In this document: positions 41,491-55,280 of the stretch, in pieces
Position numbering within the stretch: the stretch's first letter is position 1
Layout: each line of letters opens with the position of its first letter
Source: Octopus sinensis
Lineage: Eukaryota
Length of the DNA stretch: 64,000 bases
Reading direction: 5' to 3'
Assembly: GCF_006345805.1 (NCBI RefSeq)
Contig: NC_043011.1
Location: 66,786,464-66,850,463 of the forward strand
Position numbers and translations under genes: made by a program
The notes under the pieces: model-generated
Told to the model about the DNA's origin: nothing
The model's database searches: none
What the model saw: the letters and a program-made list of their open reading frames with translations, nothing else

Positions 41491-43078
41491 CAGTTGCGGC
41501 CAAAATTTTCAGAACGGCATTGTTTTCGTCAGAAAAATAGATATACGTTTTGTCAAAGTTGTTTTATATTCTATAACTTTCACAGACAATAAATACAATA
41601 TGAATTGTTATTGTCTGAGATTGTGGTGTAATTTGAGGGGATAATACAAAAGTTATGATGATTTACGGATTTACTGCAAAACCCATGGCGGCCAAAAGGA
41701 TCAGAACGGTTGCTTTTACTCCGTGTTTTAGTATATTTAACCGACGAACTCTAATGTTTTGAATTTGTTTACATGACGGTTCGTTTACTAAACATTAGTA
41801 AGAATATCTGCAGTGTACTTTGTTAATATAATGCCACTTACTCTGTTACCAATTCGTCAGCAGATTATTAAGCTTCGTAAGAAGGATAATTTAAGTATTC
41901 GATCTATTGCAAAGATTGTTAACAAGTCAAAAAGTGTTGTACATGGTATTCTTAAGGTCTACGATGATTGTGGTTCATGTGAAGCAAGAAAGTTTACAGG
42001 TAGGCCAAGAAAAACGACCAAGAGAGAAGATCGTGCGATGGTAAAGTTGGTTAAAAAGGACATGCTGCTGTACTGAAGAAAACTTTATCTCGAAAAACTG
42101 TGTCTCGTCGTTTAGTTGAACATGACCTACAAGCAAGAGCACCTGCAGTGAAGCCACTGATCAGTTCCAAGAATAAAAAAGTGTCGTCTTACTTTTGCAA
42201 TGTGTTGTGGTCTCAAGAAGAATGGCAATCTGTGCATTTCAGTGATGAATCTAAGTTTATGTTATTTGGCTCAGATGGGAGAGGTACGTTCGTCGAAATG
42301 TAGGTGAAAACCTGTCGCCTAAATGCCTTAAGACTAGTGTTAAATTCGGTGGAGGAAGTGTCATGGTTTGGCGGATGATATCTGGAGATGGAGTGTGCCC
42401 TTTGATGCGATTATATGGGAAGTTAAATGCAGGAGTTTATAAACAACTTGTAAGAGATCATGTGTTGCCTGTGCTGAGAAATTCAACCAAGCGACCACCC
42501 ATATTGATGCAGGACAATGCCCCATGTCACAAAGCTAAGGTGGTCATGAACTTCCTCAAGGCTGAAAAGGTTATTGTTTTGGATTGGCCTGCTCAAATCT
42601 CAGATCTCAATCCTATTGAAAATGTGTGGAATACTCTAGGAGAACGTTCGAAAGCCAGAAATCCTATAACAACCGAGCAATTATGGAATGTCCTTCAGGA
42701 AGAATGGAATAAGGTCACCCAGCAAGAAATTGAAAATTTAATTTCCTCATGCAGTCGAAGATGTCAAAGTGTGATTGAAGCTAAAGGGCTTCACACTAAA
42801 CATTAAATAATTCTAGTATTCTCTGTGCTTTTTTATTATTTTGTTATTTTTTTCAACCGTTCAGATCATTTTGGCCGCCATGGGTCTTGCAGTAAATCAC
42901 TAAATCATCCATAACTTTTGTATTATCCGCTTAAATTACATTAAAATCTCAGACAATACCAGATACTATCGTATTTATAGTCTGTGAAAATTATAGAATA
43001 TAAAACAACTTCGATAAAAAATTATACCTACTTTTCACAAACGAAACAATGCCATTCTGAACATTTTGGCTGCAACTG
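41491..43078 (+). mobile_element. Tc1-like (D,D34E) transposon with long IR/DR termini
   Basis: ~222 bp TIRs (41491-41712; 42854-43078), each with outer and inner GCGGCCAAAA..TCAGAAC-like repeats; TA flanks; transposase 41831-42806 (GRPRKTT, FSDESKF, QDNAPCH, DLNPIENVW) with stops/frameshifts. Confidence 0.95.
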
Positions 43079-43589
43079 TATATATATATATTCAATGATT
43101 GATACAGGAGACGGAATGTAACTAGAAGCTTTATTAACACAACAATCGTTTCGGCTTCATTCTGTTCTGACTCCCTGTGTGTTACTGACAATATAATGAC
43201 ATCAGATGCAACACAGAGTTCAGTAAGCACCATCAGTGACATAACATGCTTCAAAATTACCAGATTTACATTTTATTTTCGCTCCAACTCTAACCTCAAA
43301 CTAACTGTGATGACAAGCTTTTAACATCTTCCTCAGCAGCTTTCATTCTATCTATATCACTCTCCCAGACAATTCCGCCTGTGTATATTCTTTTTTTTTC
43401 CAGTCCTCTTCTCTCGCCTTTAACTTAATTTAATCTAATCCTTCCTGTGCAGGCCTATCTCTTTCAGTCTCCCATTTACTTTCCCTTGTTCAATTTTATT
43501 ATTTCTTTTCATTCTATTTGTCTGCAGTTTATATGTACTCCTAAAAAGCTCCACGAGGCTGCGGCAGGGGATGGTGGTGATCCCTGCTG

Positions 43590-43812
43590 TACTCTTTCAC
43601 CACAACCTTCTATCACTCTTACTTCCTGTTTCTGTTGTACCTGTATTTCAAAGGGCCGGCCTTGTCACGCTGAATATCCCCGAGACATACGTTAAGGGTA
43701 CACGTGTCTGTGGAGTGCTCAGCCACTTACACGTTAATTTCACGAGCAGGCTGTTCCGTTGATTCGGATCAACCGGAAGCCTCATCGTCGTAACCGACGG
43801 AGTGCTTCCATC
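43590..43812 (+). repeat. Interspersed repeat (probable retroposon 3' end)
   Basis: GC-richer island GTCACGCTGAAT..GTTAAGGGTACACGTGTCTGTGGAGTGCTCAGCC..GTAACCGACGGAGTGC; recognised only as a typical octopus repeat. Confidence 0.45.
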
Positions 43813-44119
43813 CATATGTACTATTTTTGATGGATATTAATATTGACAATGGTAGTAATGCCTCAATCCATAATTGAAGTGGACAATAACAACATTACGG
43901 ACCAAACTGAAGACCTTAAGTCAGACACCACTTTATGTGTGAATGTAACTGGTGTGACTGCAAAATAGGTGCAACACAATATGATGCACAGCAGTCCAGC
44001 CATAAAGGAAGGTCGAAGAATGGGTCAAAAGATCGCCGTGCAAAATAAAGATTTATACCAAATCCATTTTCTGTTTCCTTCATTGATTATGTGTGTCTTG
44101 GATCATCCCATACATGCGC

Positions 44120-44765
44120 TTTCTTATCATTCTGTTTTTAATGCGGTTTTTTATTATACGGTTTCTTATAATTCTGTTTTTAATACGTTTCTTATAATTC
44201 TGTTTTTAATGCGGTTTTATATTATACGGTTTCTTATAATTCTGTTTTTAATGAGGTTTTTTATTATGCAGTTTCTTATACTTCTGTTTTAAATGCGGTT
44301 TTAATGCGGTTTTTTATTATGCGGTTTCTTATAATTCTGTTTTGTATACATTTTTTTTTAATGGGATTTCTTATAATTCTGTTTTAAATGCGGTTTTTTT
44401 ATTATTCGGCTATTATAATTCTGTTTTTAATGCGGTTTTTTTATGCCGTTTCTTATAATTCTGTTTTTGATGCGGTATTTTATTAAGCGGTTTCTAATAT
44501 TCTGTTTTTAATGCAGTTTTTCATTATGTTGTTTCTTATAATTCTGTTTTTAATGCGGTTTTTATTATGCGGTTTCTTATCATTCTGTTTTTAATGCGGT
44601 TTGTTTTATGCGGTTTCTTATAATTCTGTTTTTTAAAGTGGTTTTTAAATTATACGGTTTCTTGTAATTCTGTTTTTTTAATGCGGTTTTTCTATTATGC
44701 AGTTTCTTATAATTCTGTTTTTTAATGCTGTTTCTCATTATGCAGTTTCTTATAATTCTCTTTTT
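44120..44765 (+). repeat. ~41-43 bp minisatellite (~15 imperfect copies)
   Basis: Unit GTTTCTTATAATTCTGTTTTTAATGCGGTTTTTATTATGCG. Confidence 0.9.
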
Positions 44766-45082
44766 TTTCAAAATGAAGTTGAACAAAGTTCTTTGTTAAT
44801 CTAAAATATACTTGCCTTCATTTTCTACAAAGTTCTTCCATCTATCTGAGAGACTTGTATACTAATATTGGTATACTTATTTACTAATTTTTGTATATAT
44901 GTATTATTGTTTTTATGAAAAAAACATGGTAAATTGTTTTTTTCCCCTTCCACAATTTAAAAAATAAATTTTTCCCGTTCCAGATCTTGAAAATTTGCCT
45001 TGAATTAAAGCCGTTATGATTTATTTTTTGTTTTTTAATTTTTCATACACCCGTTTTTATGAAAATATACTTTCAATTTAGC

Positions 45083-48000
45083 ATATACTTCTGGCATAAT
45101 ATGATCTTATGTGTATGTAAGCAATAGAGTCACAACAGCAGTTGAAAACAGAGGTTGGCTCTTAAACTATTAGTGGAAGTAAAGTTTTGTTATTCAAAAT
45201 TTTATATCTTTAAATATTTAAAATTAATTACTTAAGCTAGTTTACTTTGGTTCTCTTGTACTGCATAAACATTTACCCTATAAGCTGTTCCCAGAGATGG
45301 TTTAATTACATGACGAAGAGGTTTTGCTTGTATAGGTACAGATTATTGAACATATCTGATCAATTCCGTGTACCTTATGATTCTTAAAACCTATCACTTA
45401 GTGTGTTTTCGCATAATAATCCGTATTGTCATTGAGCTTTTCATTGATAACAAATTTATTAGCAACGTATATGTAAAGCCACAATTATGTGATATTTCTT
45501 ATTAAAAGGGTACACAAGTTATTGAAATACATTCAAAATATCACGGCATGGAATAATGCTACCGTGTGTGTAATATGAATCTAGCACCACATTCGAATCG
45601 TAATCGTAAGTCAAATGCACACTGCTATATTCTATGTATAGTGTAAGTTAATCTATGAATAGCATTATTGTGACTGCAACAAGAACTTTATTCAATTTTA
45701 TTCAACTTTATTCAATTTATTCAACTTTACTCAATTTTATTCATCTTTATTCAATACGATATGGAGTATATATTACATGTGTATATTACATGTTTCTCAC
45801 TGTAAACACGTCTATTATATTCCATGGCACTCTATAATATCATGGTAATACCACATTCAAATGTAATACAACTGTATCAATGAAATTACACCGTGCTGCT
45901 ACTGCAAACGTCCTTTGTTTTCTTTGGTTTTTGGTACAGCTATTGCAAATTCATTGGAAATGTTCAACATACTATTTCACCGATAGGAGAATAACAGCTG
46001 TGATTAATATAGAACAGTTTCAATAGCATATCCTTCATTTGTTGAAGCTGTAGTCATATACTGAAGACACATTGGCAGCAGAAACGCAGTGCTTATTCCA
46101 ACAGTGTTGCCAGAGCTTTTAGTCGTGCTTTTATTCGGGTCTTTCTTAATCTGAAAGAAAACGAACAATATATCTTACAAAAAAATAAACCATGGAGATT
46201 TGAGGCTATAAAAAATACTGAAATTATGACCGTTGGATAGAGTAAGTCCTGTGTCACATTATTTGGTACTTAATGAGTAGTTAAAACGCAGCTAAGTACC
46301 ATATTCTTTCTTTTCTTGCTCGATCGTTCAATCAAGGATCTGTTTTAGTAAAAATACGTGATTGTTTTTATTGTGACAATAAAACAATTATTATTCGATC
46401 GATTGCTACTCATTGCACTGCGGTAGGAATAAGTGAATGAAATGCAAACTAAAGAATATTATCACTCGCTCTTTGTTTTGACGAAGAAGACGATAGTAAG
46501 CCAGTCTACATACCTCACACTTATGTCTATACATGAATTTGAAATTTTCCATACAATATGGGTCTACTTTATGGAAACATCTCCATAAGCTCTGGTATCT
46601 CCTGGAAGGGAAAAATATAATTGAAAATTATACATCCATGTACTCTTGTGTAGTTTATGTATTTCATGTTCCAATGTCAAATATATTCTGGACTCGATCT
46701 CGATTTTCAAGGGACCGAGTATTACACGTAGAAAGAACGACAGACAATACTCAGCAGCTTTAAAAACGTCTCAACTCATTTGCGTTGTTCTGTCAAAAGA
46801 CATATCGCAGGAAAGTGCACAATTGCGTCAGGTTTAATATCATCCAATGTTTATCACTTCGAAGAATTGTAAAGAACTAGAGTAAATTAATTCAACTTCA
46901 ATACAAAATTAACAAAAATCTATCTGTATGTTTCATATTGGCATGAGTATTACCTAGCACAGCTTCTAGGTTCTTTTCTCTAATGCCATGCTGCGATATT
47001 GGCTGTAAATTGCCAATAATCCTAAGCCAGAGTGTAGCAGAATTGCTTTCACAAATGCTATTTGTTCAATTACCATTCGTTTAGACCATAGGACAGGTTT
47101 ATGCTATCAGAAATGGCAGTAATAAAATGTATTAGCCAAACGATATATGACGATTAATCGTCATAGAAATGTGTAAATAGATCTAGAATTTCGTGAAAGG
47201 TTTTCTAACAATTAATATATGTCAATAATTAGATGTATATATATATATATATACTAATATTAACATAGATACTAACAGTAAGATCATACATACATGCAGA
47301 ATAATTTGGTATTTTCAGGGTGTGCAAATCTAGAACAACTATGTCTTGCTTCTCCAACACAATCAATTGACACTGCAACACCTAAAATATTTCGAATTTC
47401 ATAATATACGAATACATCTGTAGAGATGCGAATGAGGTTTTCGTTGGCATCAATATGATGGCATTAAGAGTTATTAAGATACATAAGAAGAACAGCGACA
47501 AACTTTACAGTTGCGGATATAACATTGGAACGAAGCGGGGTGTAAAGCGATGTATTCACAGACGTAACTTCCTACTCCCAACACGCGAGACACCAACGGT
47601 ATTCTTCTAGTGGAGTCATCATTCAGTAGGCTCATTCACCTGTGTTGTTGTATAAGCGGGGATATCCTTCTTTCATCCATAGATCAACAGTCTGCAAACG
47701 TTATCTTCTCCCATGTATGAATTCATGGAATTTTTTTACTGCAAATATGATGGTTAATGCTTCTTTCTCTGCATAAGCGTAAATTTTGTCAACCAGCAAT
47801 AAGGATCGCGAACCATGATCTACAAATTTCATATTTGTGGAAAATCACATCTCCAAAACGAATTTCATTAGCGTCAGATGCCATTTCTAAATTCAGGTTT
47901 AACTGTTATAAAACAATTCCGATGTTAAGAGATTCTTAATTTCTTGAAAACTTTTTGGTATTTGTCCGACTAATTCCACTTAACGTTTCTTTTTAATAGT

Positions 48001-49890
48001 TATTCAGGGATGCTCTCAAACCATGCATATTCGGTATATATACCTCAGTAATTGTGAGCCATAAAAATGCTTGTAACTGTGTAATGTAATGCTTGTAACG
48101 TTGTAACGGGGGCTGGATCTTATTTATTGCACCCACCTTTGATGTGTCAGGTCTACATAAAATATTGAAAACAAAACTTGGTGCTATGTTTATACCAAAA
48201 TGATCTCGATTAATTTATACAATCCCCCCCGAAATATCTAGTGTTAGAAATTTTAATATTCTCCATCAGCTTTTACCTGCATGTATGCTTCAGATAGGTC
48301 CAACTCTGAAAAAAGTTTTCCTCCATTAAACTCCACGAACATTTCGTCCGAACTTGGTAGCGGGTAATTATATGTTATCAAAAGTTTGTTTAACGCTTTA
48401 GGAAATCAGCTTACATACAGATTTTATTGTATTTTTCTTGATATTAACTGTTGGGCCCGCCCATTCAGAATAATCAATTTTTTTTTATAACCCCAAGTTT
48501 TTCTAGTTCTCTTCGATTACTGGTCAAACGTTGCGAGAAGTAGTCCTGTTTTATTACAAACAGCTGCGGGAAAATTGTTTTTAATTCTTTTTAATTTTTT
48601 CCTCCCGCCACTTATTGGTACTGGCGGGTAAAAAACATTCACATTTAAAAAAAAAATGAAAATTACGCTGAGGTCCCCTAAGTTAAATAATTGCATCCAG
48701 TATTTTCCGAATAAATTTGGCGTAGTACAAAAAATTTTGGCTTCTAAGGTTTTTCCGGGAAATGTAAAATCACTTTTTTCGAAATACTTTCCGTTCTACC
48801 TTTTCTTTATCTTCTCTCCCATGTCAGATTTTTCCACACACAAAGCATATAAAACGTAAGCCTCCGCACCTATGGCATGGATTGGGTCTTGACATATGTT
48901 TTACTTTTTTCCTTATTCGTTACAGGTCAACACGCATGAATACCAAACGAATCCCATTCTTCAAATTTATCCGCGTCATATCTTACAGTTATAATCCTCT
49001 TTCAATATAATGCTACAGCGCGTAGATAATATTTTCTGGCCTGTTCTAATTTTGTTAATAACCGGAAATGTGTATCTTCATCATTGCTTACGATTACCAC
49101 TAGAAAAAATATTAAACATCAAAATATGGCCAGGTTTAATTTATTTAATTTGAGTTTTTCATGTTCGCGGAGTTTTATGGAGGAAAACCCTGTAGACTTC
49201 ACAAAGTCATCGACCTTTTTTACCAAATTCTGCCAGGCATTATTCAACAGAGAGCATATTTCATTGAAATCTTTCAATAAAATCTCAGTTAACAAAACTT
49301 TCCGACGAACGGGAACGTGAAACTCTGAGTAACAGCTTTTGTTATATATATATATATTATATATATATATATATAATATATAATATATATATATATACAC
49401 ATCTGTATAGGGGATATACCCTATATATGGACTGGCCCTCAAATTATTTTAGATTATATTTTCCTCTTTGTATCAATGTCATGAGTTCATGGTCTGACAT
49501 AAATACATCTAAATTTACGTCATTTAGATATTGTAAACATTTTAAATACTGTGAAATATTTTTTAAACCAGGTATGAATGGAAGGGAAAGATTCTTGCCG
49601 AAATGATTCGGCTGATAAAATAGAACATTCTAAACATCATATCAACAAACGGAGACCGCAATTCATCCAGCAGATTCAAAACATTATCGATTACAAACCG
49701 AGAATATAGATGTAGATTATTTTCGAAAATCTCGCGGTATCAGAGTTAAACATCAGAAGTGTTGGGCACAAAATCTTTCTGAACTGAGCTTCTGCTAATT
49801 TATGTCGTCCAGAACACAGAAAATGGTTTGATCTGTACCAAGTGGTTACTTAACAACGTTAACACGATCGCGAACATTGCAAGATTTGGG
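45083..49890 (+). repeat. Segmental duplication, copy 1 (partner 58020-64000)
   Basis: 45083-47914 nearly identical to 58020-62286 except a 1366 bp indel; 49490-49890 matches 63600-64000; includes block B copy 4. Confidence 0.95.
47419..49335 (-). mobile_element. Ty3/Gypsy LTR retrotransposon remnant (gag-PR-RT-RH, integrase deleted, 3' LTR ~47419-47597)
   Basis: Minus: gag (NLVKKVDDFV..CLIF), PR (GKTLEAKIFVL..NLFGKYWMQLFNL), RT (YPLPSSDEMFVEFNGGKLFSELDLSEAY), RNase H (EKEALTIIFAVKKFHEFIHGR). Confidence 0.9.
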
Positions 49891-50047
49891 TTTTGGGAGA
49901 AGAAAATTTGGAAAGACAAACGTTTTGTCCACTTATAAACAATTACTTATTAAGGTGGGAAAATGATCAGAAAACCGTTTGTATTCATCTTTTCAAATAT
50001 ATAATAACATACCAAGTATTTACTATTAATTACTCTACTATAAATGA

Positions 50048-50088
<41 letters not shown>

Positions 50089-50356
50089 CACTCGCAACTA
50101 GTTATGAAAATTCAGAAATATTTATCATTTCGCTACTTACGGAAAAGAACAAAGAAAATAAATATGGAATAATTCATTATGTATTTTCGTGTAGGACTCA
50201 ATACCTGATCAATCTTTGACGATATAACGCTGCAACTTCTTTTATAATAGTGATGTAACATGTGTTTGAACAGTGCAACAACCTAATAAATTGGATTTAT
50301 GGCGTTCTTTTGTAATATTTCCGACGTATTTGTTGATTTAGAGAAAATTGTCTACA

Positions 50357-50460
50357 TTATTACGTACGTTTGATGAATTGTTTAAAACATTTTAAACAAT
50401 TCATCAAACGTACGTAATAAATGAAGACAGTTACTTTTAACTAAAGTAACTGTCTTCATT
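50357..50460. other. Two abutting perfect palindromes (31 bp and 18 bp arms)
   Basis: TTATTACGTACGTTTGATGAATTGTTTAAAA-CA-revcomp; AATGAAGACAGTTACTTT-TAACT-revcomp. Confidence 0.95.
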
Positions 50461-52364
50461 TTTGCCTGTAAATTCCTAAGCTTCAAAAGGTCGAGCGGCT
50501 ATCAGGGATCGGAGGTGGGTGGGTTTCAACCTTTCAATCCTCATAGATGCCTACTGGGAACAATATATTTCACTCTTGGAAGAGTAAATATAAAATATTT
50601 CTCTGCTCTTTTCACAGCTATACTTCGTTCGGAATCTAATTAATAGTCTCTAAAATACTAATATATTCGGGGATTCCAAAGTTATTTTCGCGATTCATAA
50701 ACCAGAATATCATCTGAAATGGCGCTATAATGGCACAACTCGGTCCATGTTGCTGACTGCATGTTAGTTAAAACGACATCTTTAAGTCTGCCCGCACTAA
50801 CGTTTTAGCCATATTTCACACTGAGAACGGTTAAAGAGCTAGAAAGTTTTCTGGGAAGACTAGAGGCAGTGCACTGTGTAGATATGGAGGATTTACAACT
50901 TTTACCATAATAATATATCGTGACGGATGTGCATTTGCCTTTCTAAGTTGCAATAGCTCACAAATACTTTTTCACTTAACAGATGAACGTTGTACATGTA
51001 TATATATATATATATCAGATGAATATGGTACTTAAGTTAAAGGCATCAGATTTTAGTATGGTATTATCCATATAATTCAAAATTACTAATTATAAATTAT
51101 CATGTAAGGATTAATAATAGCATTTTTTTACTTTATTAAAAAAGTTTTTTGTTAATAATATAATTTTTGTCCAGTAACTTGATAATTTCTTTACCCGATA
51201 TTAAACACTAGTCATTTATAGGTATTCTCATGATAAGTAAATATACTTTTTAGTCTAAAAATTATATATTTATAAAATTTCTTCTAAGATCATACCTTAC
51301 CTATTAATATAAATAAGCTAAGTATATCTTATAATAAGTTTTTAGAACACAAATCCGTTTTACCCCATTGTCTATAACATTCTACAGATATTTATATTTT
51401 TATTATATTCATTTTCATTTCTTTACTTTAATTTCAAACCAATTTCTTACCCATTTACTCACTCTATATCGTTTTATTTATAATATATCTCTATAATTTC
51501 GTACTCAACTTATATAAAACTATTCTAGTATAATTCACTGTTTATTTTATAAATATAAGAAATATGCTTTAAATGGAATTATTAACATAATATATACATT
51601 TTTAACGTATTCCTTTAACTTTACTTTCCTTTATTAATACCAAAAATTTCCATTTAATAATTAAATATAAATATATATAAAGTTAGTATAGAAATATATA
51701 AATATGGAATTATTTCTATATTCTCCATCCCTCTATTGCGTAAAATCGTTTGATAATACTAAAAATATTCTGAAATATTCTTCCTGTTGTTTTCTTTTAA
51801 ACAACTCTAAAATGTACCTATGTATATATAAGTAACAATGCTTTTATAGTTGTCAAAGAGTTAATATGTTTTACTCTCCCTACCCTATCAGATTTAGCCT
51901 GCAAACTTAGCTGAAGTATATTCGTACTGAACCAAAATGTGTTTTTCTTCAAAGAAATCACGATTTATGATTCTGCCACTTAAACAGTCTTCTTACGCTA
52001 TCCATAAATGATAGATTCCAGTTTCTATTAGATTTGATAAACGAGTCTATAAATTAAGACTACACCCCCGTAGTTAATCTGAATAATAAATGTAATCAAT
52101 GATAAGCAGTGTATTTCTTTGAAATAATCTCAGTTACAACTGTGATGTTGTCTATCTACTGATCTATTTATCCTCTTTGTGAATCTGGATAATAAGTAAA
52201 CTATACAAATGAATCCTTAGAATTTAACTAAATTCTATATTTTTATGCAGCTGGAGATTGCTCTACTTTTTTAAATTGATGCAATATTCGCATTGCTCAA
52301 ATAAATGGAGTCGCATGAAACGATCGTACTGCATTACTTCTGGATATTCTTGTTGCGTATTTTG

Positions 52365-52413
<49 letters not shown>

Positions 52414-53199
52414 ATATATATAATATATATATATATATGTATATGTATATACTGCCACCCACTCATAAAAATAAACGGGACTGCCGTTTGGGGAGTTAGG
52501 CTTCGGGACACGTCAAGCCTAAATATTGACACCCAAACACTGTGAAATGTTCGTATTGGAACATTCAGTGCGAATGCCAAGCAATCCAGTATGTCGTTTC
52601 CAAATTTCCACTGACCCTGCTATACTGTGTAGTCGACAAAATCTAAAATAAACAATGCGCACTGGCGAAATTAAAAATATGAGATGGGGTCAATTTACCC
52701 ATCGCACCCTGTATATATGTGGGCCTCGTCTAGCTTTCACTGTGCATCTTTACACGTCGTTTCAACGCATACATACGTTCTGCAACAAACGTTGAGCTTT
52801 GTTCTTGCATGTGTATTTGTTGATCGGTGCATCTTTCTGTTTCATATAAATCTTTTTCCTCCTCTTTTTTCCGTTATATCTGTTGCTATCCCTTTTATTA
52901 TATGGCCCTACAGGTTATCGTTTGTATCGGTTACTACCGTAATTCGTGTCGATAGCGTTGTGACAATTAGAGTCAGCGCCTCGTTTCCTACTTGATTTCC
53001 AAGTCCCTTGTGGAAAAACTATCTTTTGTTATAGGGCCATTGGGTTCTTACTTAAATCCTAGTTCACTTGCTTATATTTTTTGTCTATGTGATATTCAAC
53101 TTTGCATACGATACCTTAACGATTTGCCATCTAAATACGCCATAGTATCAAATAGATTTAGGGGAAACTTATATCCAATTTAGTAAAAAAACAACTTCT

Positions 53200-54110
53200 T
53201 CACAACCTCCATACTATATGTAATACGTAGATAGTGTTGTACCACAAGACATCGATATATTTGTATTTTATATTCGGTTTGTGTTTACTAATGTGTGATG
53301 TGAGATTGTGACTATCGAATGCGTTTTGTGTTAATCACATTTCGGTGTTTCACTAGCGGTCTCCCTTTTACCTATAATATTTTGGCTTCCTACTTTTAGC
53401 CTATTCGAGTCATTTTTGTCGGTTTGCTGTTTGCCAATGTGTTTTTGTGTTCGATGTAGTTTTCGTAGCGTTTTGGGTATCAGAATTACATATTATTACC
53501 TTGCAGCCTTATAAGTGGGTGCAAAGCATGAAAGCTTTGATATTCTATTAGAAATGTATTTTACTAGTATCCCTATTAAGGAGGTTGGGTGATTGTAATT
53601 TAATGTACATGGACTTTTTGTTGGGCTTGTGAAAAGGTTCATACGATAGAGTACCCAAGCTGAAGGGAGCGTCTAAAAACAACTTTACGGAAATCATTTC
53701 ATATAGCTATGCATAGGCTGAAATTTCTGAATAATTTGAATAACACATTCCTCTCATTCTTTTTGTCTGCTTTACAACTTCGATCACGAAATGATAAAGC
53801 ATATTCTCTATATAGACCACACCAGATTCTTGGAAGCCAGGATTCGATTAGGAATAGGATGTAGACTCTAACCAAGTCTGTGATCTGTGCGGCGTCACTG
53901 GATCCCGTCATTATATCGAAGGCATCCAGCAGATTCGACCTATTTCAACATTTCCCATTGCAATCTAAAAAGTTCCTCTCGAACTCACTATTTGGTCTGA
54001 TTCTTGCCGAGATAGAAGCGAGTTTGCTAATGCAAAACTTAAGGCTTTATTGAAGAGAATTAGAATAATGTGTGAGTAATAGCTATCAATGTATTTCCAT
54101 TATAATCGAT
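53200..54110 (-). mobile_element. Penelope-like element RT remnant
   Basis: FNKALSFA.., FDIMTGSSDAAQITDLV..CGLYREY (decayed YRDD), YEPFHKPNKKSMYI, ISNRISKLSC. Confidence 0.85.
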
Positions 54111-54982
54111 TATAAGCAAGTCCATTACCTATAGAAAGAAATGATGCACCGCAAGCGGCTACGCAAAATCGCACGTGCAAGAGACTGATGCCCGATGGGA
54201 CGAAATGATCGCAGTGTTTAATAACGTATTTGGTGAAGTGCAAATGACAAGATACAAAATTTGGCAATAAGCTCCACACCTAGGTTTCGCCATTAACAAA
54301 ATGTAAATACTCGTGGTAAGGCGATTTGGCATCTTCTATCATATTAGGAATTCACCTTGCGGGTTTTTCTCTTATATATGTATGTAATATAATTTCGTAA
54401 TCTTCGGATTTTTTTAAAGTATGCTAGGACACTGGTATTAATTAACATTAATTTCTACCCTCATTATTTAACTTTTAATTAACCATGTTCTCTAACCGGT
54501 GAATTCGCTGAGGGGATTTTGTAACACCAGAGCTCTTTCCGCCAAAATGAAGAAATTTCAAATACACACCCACAAATATAATTGGCAGAACTTTACACCC
54601 GTTCTCTTTCGGGAGGACGTATTGTGTCTAGTTCTGTGAATTATGTTTACCATGCGAGGGCTTCACTGAAGAACCACGGACATTTACATTTTCTGAATGT
54701 TAATGGAGAAAACTAGGTATGCAGCATATTGCCAACTTTTGTATCTTTTCATTTGTCTTGCTCGTTTTACATTCTGGCGTTTGCTGCAATTTCTTGAAAA
54801 CACATTCTTCGTGGTAAGAGGATTTGGCGTCTTCTAGCATATTAGTGATCCACCTTGGTGGTTATTCCTCTTATATATGTGTATGCAATATAATTTCTTA
54901 ATCTTCGGATTTTCTAAATTATGCTAGGCTACATGTTTAAGTTGATACTAATTAATATTAATTCCTACCTTCATATTTAGCT

Positions 54983-55023
<41 letters not shown>

Positions 55024-55160
55024 TATGTATGTATGTATGTATATATATATATATTATGTTATATATATATATATATATATGCATGTATGTATGTATACAC
55101 GCATATCTATGTGTGTTAATCAAAGTGCGATAACTAGGCCAAAGGAATTTGATATTGATA

Positions 55161-55280
55161 AGGCATTGGTCGGCCCGGGGCTATAGCAGAAGACACTTGC
55201 CCAACATGCCACGCAGTGGGACTGAACCCGAACCATGTGGTTGGTTAGCAAGCTACTTACCACACAGCCACTCCTGCGCC
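55161..55280 (-). mobile_element. tRNA-derived SINE 5' portion
   Basis: GGCGCAGGAGTGGCTGTGTGGTAAGTAGCTTGC..GGTTCAGTCCCACTGCGTGG on minus strand. Confidence 0.9.

Noticed and set aside
52690-52715. Tc1/mariner-like terminus CAATTTACCCATCGCACCCTG+TA
   Set aside because: No matching opposite end or transposase found.
54176-54215. CTGATG-CCCGATGGGAC-GAAA-TGATCG hammerhead-like string
   Set aside because: A9 and the first stem II bases are missing, and there is no UH site or stem I; at best a relic.
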